Shown here one piece after another: positions 58,291 through 64,000 of a stretch of DNA of 64,000 nucleotides; position 1 is the first letter of the stretch, and every line of letters starts with the position of its first letter. This DNA comes from Candidatus Hydrogenedentota bacterium (GTDB lineage: Bacteria; Hydrogenedentota; Hydrogenedentia; Hydrogenedentales; SLHB01). A program made the translations under genes and the position numbers. Location of the stretch: assembly GCA_963674865.2 (NCBI GenBank), contig CAXXYE010000009.1, positions 1,472,001-1,536,000 on the forward strand, written 5' to 3'. The notes beneath the pieces were generated by a model. It was not told the DNA's origin and did not search any database. It saw only the letters and a program-made list of their open reading frames with translations.

Positions 58291-60048
58291 GTGGAGCAAG
58301 CATCCGCAGGTGTACTCACCATCTACATTACGGCCCAGAGCGTGGTATCGGCTCTGGCAACGGAGGAAGGCCGCGGCGAGGTCCTATCGCGACTTTCCTC
58401 GTCCGGCTTTGGCCGGGTGATACTCGAGTCGTATCGAGGCGGACTCGTTGTGGACGAGGATGTGCTTCGTGACGCCCGCGACTTCTTCAGGAGCTACGGC
58501 TTCGCAACGCTGGGCGGATTCATGCCCGTCTGGGGGGAGGGCTTCGGCAAGTGCGGCGAAGGGGTCGAACTGCGTGCGCCGTTCTTCTGTTACTCAGACG
58601 AGGCGACTGTCGTAGGGCTTGACGGGGAGATCCGCAAACTGGCGCGCCTGTTCGATCAAGTGGTGATCGACGATGCCTTTCTGACGGCCTGTCGGTGCGC
58701 ATCCTGCGATGTGGCCCGCGCCGGCCGGGATTGGGGCGTCTTCCGCTGCTCCTTGCTGGCGGATGTGGCGCGAGGGTGGGCCGCTGCCGCTCACGCGGAG
58801 AATCCCGAAGTTCGGCTCACGGTGAAATTCCCGCAGTACTACGACCACTACCATCGCTTCGGCTACGATGCGGCGTCATTCCCCATCATCTTCGACGCTG
58901 TCTGGGCCGGCACGGAGACGCGCGACCCGGCCACGCTGGACTATGGCTATGTCGAGCCTTATGAAAGTTATGTGAACACGCAGTGGATGCGGGCGTGCGC
59001 CGGGAAGCGTTTCGAGGGCGCCTGGTTCGACTTCATTGACTGCGATGCGCGGCTATTCTACGAGCAAGGGATCACGACCTTCCTCGGTGCACCGGACGAG
59101 ATCACCATCTTTTGCTACGGAGAAGGCGTGTTCGACGGCGGCAAGATGGCGCGCCTGGCCGACGGGCTGCCCGGACTACAGCGGCTGCGTGCGGGAGCTC
59201 ACGAGCCGCGCGGCGTACATGTGGTGAAACCACCGAACAGCGCCGCCGGCCGCGATATGTTCATTTTCGACTACCTGGGCATGTTGGGCATCCCATGCGT
59301 TTTCGCGACGGAGCTCAACGCGGCTATGCAAAGCGTGATCGTCACGTCCCATGCTATGGCTGATCCCGATACGCCGCGATACATCGGCAAGATCCTCGCT
59401 TCCGGCGGGCAAGTGATAGTCACATTCGATGCATTAGCGCGCATGGCCGATACGCCGGAATTGCTCGAATGGTTCGGCTTCACCGCCGCAGGCATCTCAC
59501 CGCACGGCGCCGCCGCCGCAAGATTCGGCATTGGAGAAGACATGCATGAGGCACCTTCCCTTGTCCAACTGGCCGGCGACTTGGCGCCGGCGGATGCCGA
59601 GGTGCTTGTTTGGGCGCAGGTGCAGGGCTGTGAACGGGGAGGTATCCAAGTGCCTTTTATCACGGCCAAAGCTCATTCGGGCGGCGGGCGAGCTGTCGTG
59701 TGGAACGTCGGCACCTTCAGCGAGGATGCTTTTGTACTGAATGAAGCCCTCAACGTGCCCGTGCGCACCACGCTGTTCAACCTGCCTCAGGCCGTTCTCG
59801 ACCTCCTGCGTGCCACGGCCACTGAGCCCCTGGGCTTGAGGATCCACGCGCCCGCCCGCGTCGCGTGCTTTCTTTTCGCGAGACAGTTCGTCGCCGTCAA
59901 CTATACGGACGCGCCAGCTCACCTGAGGATCGCCGGCCTCGTACTTGAGCGCGATTCGCTATTCGCTGATGCGCCGGATACGTGCTGGGAAGAAGACGCG
60001 TTGGTTGTGTCCGGGCACGGCTACGCACAGGTTGAGCTTGGGCAATAG
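58291..60048 (+). CDS. Hypothetical glycoside-hydrolase-like TIM-barrel protein
   Basis: GGAGG before GTG 58291; VIDD, CRCASC, GTETRDP; trimerisation-like C-terminus. Confidence 0.6.
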   Translation: MEQASAGVLTIYITAQSVVSALATEEGRGEVLSRLSSSGFGRVILESYRGGLVVDEDVLRDARDFFRSYGFATLGGFMPVWGEGFGKCGEGVELRAPFFCYSDEATVVGLDGEIRKLARLFDQVVIDDAFLTACRCASCDVARAGRDWGVFRCSLLADVARGWAAAAHAENPEVRLTVKFPQYYDHYHRFGYDAASFPIIFDAVWAGTETRDPATLDYGYVEPYESYVNTQWMRACAGKRFEGAWFDFIDCDARLFYEQGITTFLGAPDEITIFCYGEGVFDGGKMARLADGLPGLQRLRAGAHEPRGVHVVKPPNSAAGRDMFIFDYLGMLGIPCVFATELNAAMQSVIVTSHAMADPDTPRYIGKILASGGQVIVTFDALARMADTPELLEWFGFTAAGISPHGAAAARFGIGEDMHEAPSLVQLAGDLAPADAEVLVWAQVQGCERGGIQVPFITAKAHSGGGRAVVWNVGTFSEDAFVLNEALNVPVRTTLFNLPQAVLDLLRATATEPLGLRIHAPARVACFLFARQFVAVNYTDAPAHLRIAGLVLERDSLFADAPDTCWEEDALVVSGHGYAQVELGQ

Positions 60049-60090
60049 GCGGCCACCATCGCAGATGTGGGGGCAAGGCTGAGACGACTG

Positions 60091-61293
60091 TCAAGCGGAC
60101 GCGGGGAGAATGAGTCTTGGTAGGTCGTTATGCAGGATGAAGAAATAGAGCCAGAGGATTGCCCAGCCGAGCGCCACGGGCAGGCGCAGGCGCGTTCTGG
60201 CGCCGAGGAGTATCACCATTCCTAGCATGTAGAATTCGGTAAGGATGCGCACGAAATTCCAGTCATCGCACCACAGGCGCTCGTAGCCGAACATGAGGAC
60301 GAGAACCACGTATGGAATCCACGCAAGTTTCTCGGAGGGTGAGGCCGTGGACGAACGAAGTGCGGATGCGGACAATATGGCCAGCAGGCCTATGAGCGCT
60401 AGTTCGGCAAGATTGACGACGTCGTGCCGGCCTGCCGGCGGTATGATGGCCTGGAGGAACTTGGCCACACCCACCAGGGGCATTTCCAGCGATCCCGAGT
60501 TGGCCTCAAGGGGAGAGATGCCCCAGACTTGCCGTAGGATCAGTTGCCACACAATATACACGCACAAGGGCAGTGCCGCCAGGGCCAGAGTAGGAGCGGA
60601 GACGCGTCGCGACTGCCACCAGCCGTGAAGAGTCGTGAGCATCAGGGCGCCGGCCACCAATAGGGTCGTTTCCCGCGTCAGGATGGCCAGTGACAGCAGA
60701 ACGGCGGTGGCCGCGTACTTCCCGCGTCGGGCGGCCAAGAGTCCTCCCAGCACGAAGGACGCGGAGACAATCTCAGTGCAATCGCGTGCGAGGCTGAGAA
60801 CAAATCCTGGAAAGAGCGGAAACACCAGTCCCCACAAGGCATGCCGGCCGAAGGCACGCGCGTACTTACCGCCCAGATACGCCACGAGGCAGATCCCGAA
60901 GTAGTTTATGGCGATCAAGACGGCCGGCAGCATTCCGGCTCGCCCGCCGAGGGATAGTGCCCACGCCAGGAAGGGGAAGATGAAGCGCTGGTGGCGGTGG
61001 GCCGGCGCGTCGAGCAGGATGCCGTGCGCGCGCCGCTCCCCGGTGAAGGGATCGAGGGCCAGCCGGAAGTAGAATTGGCCGTCAAATCCCTGGGAATTCG
61101 GCAGGATCGTTAGGCATTGAGGTGTCTCGGCTGCGTCGCAGAAGGCATCGCCCGCCATGACGAAGGCCGACGGATCGAAACCGTGGGCCGCGAGCCGCGC
61201 GAGAATGAACACGGCATAGACGACGGCGGCCACGGTAAGACACGCGCCGGGGCGATCCAGACGCCGTACCCATTGATTCAGATATGTCGGCAC
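60091..61293 (-). CDS. Multi-pass membrane protein, GT-C-like (cell-surface glycopolymer family)
   Basis: GFDGQFYFRLALDPF, R.QR..FP.LAW, LTRET; many TMs. Confidence 0.7.
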   Translation of the reverse strand: MPTYLNQWVRRLDRPGACLTVAAVVYAVFILARLAAHGFDPSAFVMAGDAFCDAAETPQCLTILPNSQGFDGQFYFRLALDPFTGERRAHGILLDAPAHRHQRFIFPFLAWALSLGGRAGMLPAVLIAINYFGICLVAYLGGKYARAFGRHALWGLVFPLFPGFVLSLARDCTEIVSASFVLGGLLAARRGKYAATAVLLSLAILTRETTLLVAGALMLTTLHGWWQSRRVSAPTLALAALPLCVYIVWQLILRQVWGISPLEANSGSLEMPLVGVAKFLQAIIPPAGRHDVVNLAELALIGLLAILSASALRSSTASPSEKLAWIPYVVLVLMFGYERLWCDDWNFVRILTEFYMLGMVILLGARTRLRLPVALGWAILWLYFFILHNDLPRLILPASA

Positions 61294-61364
61294 GCGTCTG
61301 CTCTTCCTCGTTTCTCGTCTTCCTGACGGCCTTAGCCATAGGACGGCTGGACGTTGACGGTGAT

Positions 61365-61571
61365 TCAGGTAAGATCCCAGGCTTTGGCGAACGCGCGAAA
61401 AGAGCGATCGTATGTCTTCTCCACGGATGGTGGAAAACAGCAACCGGGCAACTGCTTGTTTGCCAGGTGCGAGTGAAGGCAATCACAGCAGACGGCGTGG
61501 TTTGAGCACCCCTGGTAGGTGCAGGTGCAGCGATCCATATTCTTGTTCGTGTTGAGGCAGTCGGCGGCCAT
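61365..61571 (-). CDS. Small Cys-rich protein (DUF6485-like)
   Basis: C..N...CTCTY..C.....CC.C...HL...QLPGCCFP..EKTYDRS. Confidence 0.75.
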   Translation of the reverse strand: MAADCLNTNKNMDRCTCTYQGCSNHAVCCDCLHSHLANKQLPGCCFPPSVEKTYDRSFRAFAKAWDLT

Positions 61572-61792
61572 GCAGGACACTCCTACGTTCTCCTTGGAAA
61601 TCCGGGGAATTGTCGAGGAATCTTAGCAGAGGCCGGGGAGTGGCGCAAAGGGCCTGCCTACACTGCAGGAGCCGCTGGCGGCCTGAGCCGCGGGTTTTTA
61701 TGAGGCGGTGCGATGGCCTATAGTAGGTACTTCTCTGCGTGCTGCAACCGATGCGAGCGCCGGCGGGTGTGTCCGCCAAAGAAAGGATAGAT

Positions 61793-62902
61793 ATGACGGA
61801 GTCAGGCACATCCCATATGCTGCGGAGCTACATCGCCCCCGGCGCGCCGGCGACGCGTTGCCCATGTGATGGCACGGAGTCGCCGATGCGCATCGAGTTC
61901 GGCTTCACGCCGCGCTGGTATCACCAACGCTGCGGCGTCGACTTTGGAGAGCGGTGGCACCGCGACCCGATCTACCGGCGCGAGAGCCTGGTGGCCATGC
62001 GCCGCGCCCTCAATGAGCATTTCCCCGCGTTGCGATTGGGCGGCGCGGACCTCGAGGATAGTCTCGGAAATCTTGACGGAGTGCATGGTGCCTTAACGGT
62101 GGCGATGATTTTCGGAATCCCGGGCGAGTACTACGCCGATAACTGGCCCGACGCAGTCCAAGCGTATCTCTCCGACGCGGAAGTCGAGGCTCTCGACGTG
62201 CCCAACCTGCCGAGTATACCTGTGTTCGCGCAGGTGCTCGAGCAGATGGATGTTATCGAGCGTGAATACGGCCGGATCGAGGGATACCTCAACTGGCAGG
62301 GCGTGCTTAACAACGCTTTCCGGCTGCGTGGGAACGGCGTGCTAACCGACTTGCTCATCATGCCCGACCTGATCCATCACCTATTCGACGTGATAACTCG
62401 GACGATGATTGAGGGGATGCGTTGTGTCTACGAGCGGCAGCGGAAGACCGGGGTGGTCGTGCGCCACGCCACCATCAGCAACTGCGTCGTCAACATGGTA
62501 TCGCCAGAGATCTACCGCGAGCACCTGATGCCCTACGACCAACGCATTTCCGATAGCTTCGAGTACTTCGGCATCCACAACTGCGCGTGGAATGTTGATC
62601 CCTACATCGAGGACTACGCGCGCATTCGCACCCTTGGCTATGTCGATATGGGCCTCGAGTCGGACTTGGCCCGCGCCAAAGCCCTCTGCCCAAACACGCG
62701 TAGGGCGCTCATGTACACACCCAAGGCTCTCGCGAGCAAGTCGCTCGACGAGTTGTATGCCGATCTTTCTCGCGTGCGCCGCGAGTTGAGTCCCTGCGAT
62801 ATCGTGATGGCGGATATCGATCACGATACGCCCGACGAACGGGTCATAGCTTTCGCCGAATTAGCCGAGAAGACGCTCGATATCCCGCCCAACGAGACGT
62901 GA
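61793..62902 (+). CDS. Uroporphyrinogen decarboxylase / MtaA-CmuA family protein (divergent)
   Basis: QGVLNNAFRLRG, MVSPEIYREHLMPYD, GIHNC, TPDE. Confidence 0.7.
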   Translation: MTESGTSHMLRSYIAPGAPATRCPCDGTESPMRIEFGFTPRWYHQRCGVDFGERWHRDPIYRRESLVAMRRALNEHFPALRLGGADLEDSLGNLDGVHGALTVAMIFGIPGEYYADNWPDAVQAYLSDAEVEALDVPNLPSIPVFAQVLEQMDVIEREYGRIEGYLNWQGVLNNAFRLRGNGVLTDLLIMPDLIHHLFDVITRTMIEGMRCVYERQRKTGVVVRHATISNCVVNMVSPEIYREHLMPYDQRISDSFEYFGIHNCAWNVDPYIEDYARIRTLGYVDMGLESDLARAKALCPNTRRALMYTPKALASKSLDELYADLSRVRRELSPCDIVMADIDHDTPDERVIAFAELAEKTLDIPPNET

Positions 62903-63012
62903 CGGGGGGGGCCATACGGCATGCATCCCTGTTCGAGTTCTCGGTGGCGATTGTGCGCGCGCCTATCTGCGCGGCGCTGTTCGGTGACCGCCAAGCCGAG
63001 GAGGGAAGAGCA

Positions 63013-64000
63013 GTGGGAACAGATGACATAGCAGCGGAAGGCGCGGCGCAACCGGCGGCGGAGTCGGCCGAGGCTATCCTCGACCGCGAAATCCAGCGGA
63101 CACAGCCCGATTACGTTGTCTACCGGCCGAAGAGCGTGGATGGCTCGACCTTTGACACGGGCAACGAGCACTTCCTCGTGTTTGACGGCCTTGATGGCTC
63201 CTTGATGGCGATCTGGACGCAGAGTAGCTACGAAGGAGCGGGCGACCACCGGATCATCTTTGCGCGCTCTCAAGACGAAGGCGTGATGTGGTCGCCGCCA
63301 CAGAGGGTGGTAGGCCCCGACAGGCCCGGCGAGGGGCGCATGGCGAGTTGGGGCTTCCCCTTGGTGTCCCAATCAGGCCGGATCTACATCCTTTGGAACC
63401 AATATCAAGGCATCGACGATGTCGTTCACCAGCACACGGGAACCATGGACGGATGCTACTCGGACGACATGGGGCGCACGTGGTCGATCCCCCAAACCAT
63501 CCCCATGAAGCGCAGCCCCCACGACCACACCGATCCGGGCGTACCGTCCAACTGGATTGTGTGGCAGAAACCCATCCGCGATCTCGAGGGACGCTGGTTC
63601 ACGGGATTCACGCGGTGGATAAGCAAGGCGGTTCGCACGCCGCCCCACAACAAGACGTGGACGGCCTGGGAAAGTGCCGTCGAGTTCATGCGTTTCGAGA
63701 ACATCGACGACGGCCCTGAGCCGAAGGATATCCGCATCGCGTATTCAGCCTGGGGCGACGAAGCTTTGCGGGTGCCGCACTACGCCAACCCGATGTTGAG
63801 CGTGGCCCAAGAGCCGAGCCTCGTAAGATTGCCGGATGAGCGCCTCTTCTGCGTGATGCGGACGATGAGCGGCTACATCTGGTACAGCCTGTCCAACGAC
63901 GACGGCCTCACCTGGTGCAATCCACGGCCGCTTCTCCGGCGCGACCACGGCCTGCCGATTCTCGAACCGCTTTGCTGTTGCCCTATTTACGAATACGAGC
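63013..64000 (+). CDS. BNR/Asp-box sialidase-family protein, runs off the right edge (partial; alternative start 62899)
   Basis: GAGGAGG SD; Asp-boxes SQDEGVMW, SDDMGRTW, SNDDGLTW; QEPSLV.LPD..L.C.MR. Confidence 0.85.
   Translation, partial: MGTDDIAAEGAAQPAAESAEAILDREIQRTQPDYVVYRPKSVDGSTFDTGNEHFLVFDGLDGSLMAIWTQSSYEGAGDHRIIFARSQDEGVMWSPPQRVVGPDRPGEGRMASWGFPLVSQSGRIYILWNQYQGIDDVVHQHTGTMDGCYSDDMGRTWSIPQTIPMKRSPHDHTDPGVPSNWIVWQKPIRDLEGRWFTGFTRWISKAVRTPPHNKTWTAWESAVEFMRFENIDDGPEPKDIRIAYSAWGDEALRVPHYANPMLSVAQEPSLVRLPDERLFCVMRTMSGYIWYSLSNDDGLTWCNPRPLLRRDHGLPILEPLCCCPIYEYE

Overview
GC-rich bacterial chromosomal window. My inference of lineage is Candidatus Hydrogenedentota or a Planctomycete-like group, based on a membrane-tethered ECF sigma factor, an H-X9-DG-like protein, three URO-D/MtaA-family genes and many secreted glycan enzymes; it is not verified. 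The core block (17.0-26.6 kb) has tyrS divergent from tRNA-Thr/Tyr/Gly/Thr-tuf-rpmG-tRNA-Trp-secE-nusG-rplK-rplA, followed by metK instead of rplJL-rpoBC, then a two-domain PPK2 and tRNA-Cys/Leu. The left arm holds a P1B-2 ATPase, a YidR-like protein, a tandem array of three FGE-sulfatase/CLec-fold exported proteins joined by a repeated junction, an ECF sigma fusion and three copies of a hairpin repeat. The right arm is mostly glycan utilisation (GH78, GH99-like, rhaM, sulfatase-fold, GH36-like, SGNH-heparinase fusion, BNR protein), with an NDT/DUF2971/MazEF islet and a VWA-SIMPL-DUF4139 operon. Best leads: the variable CLec lipoprotein array, a sulfatase-fold enzyme with Thr at the formylglycine position, an unlisted 56-aa gene, the dispersed repeat and the rplA-metK rearrangement. 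No CRISPR array, integrase, transposase or reverse transcriptase was seen. All family calls are by motif recognition, without database searches.
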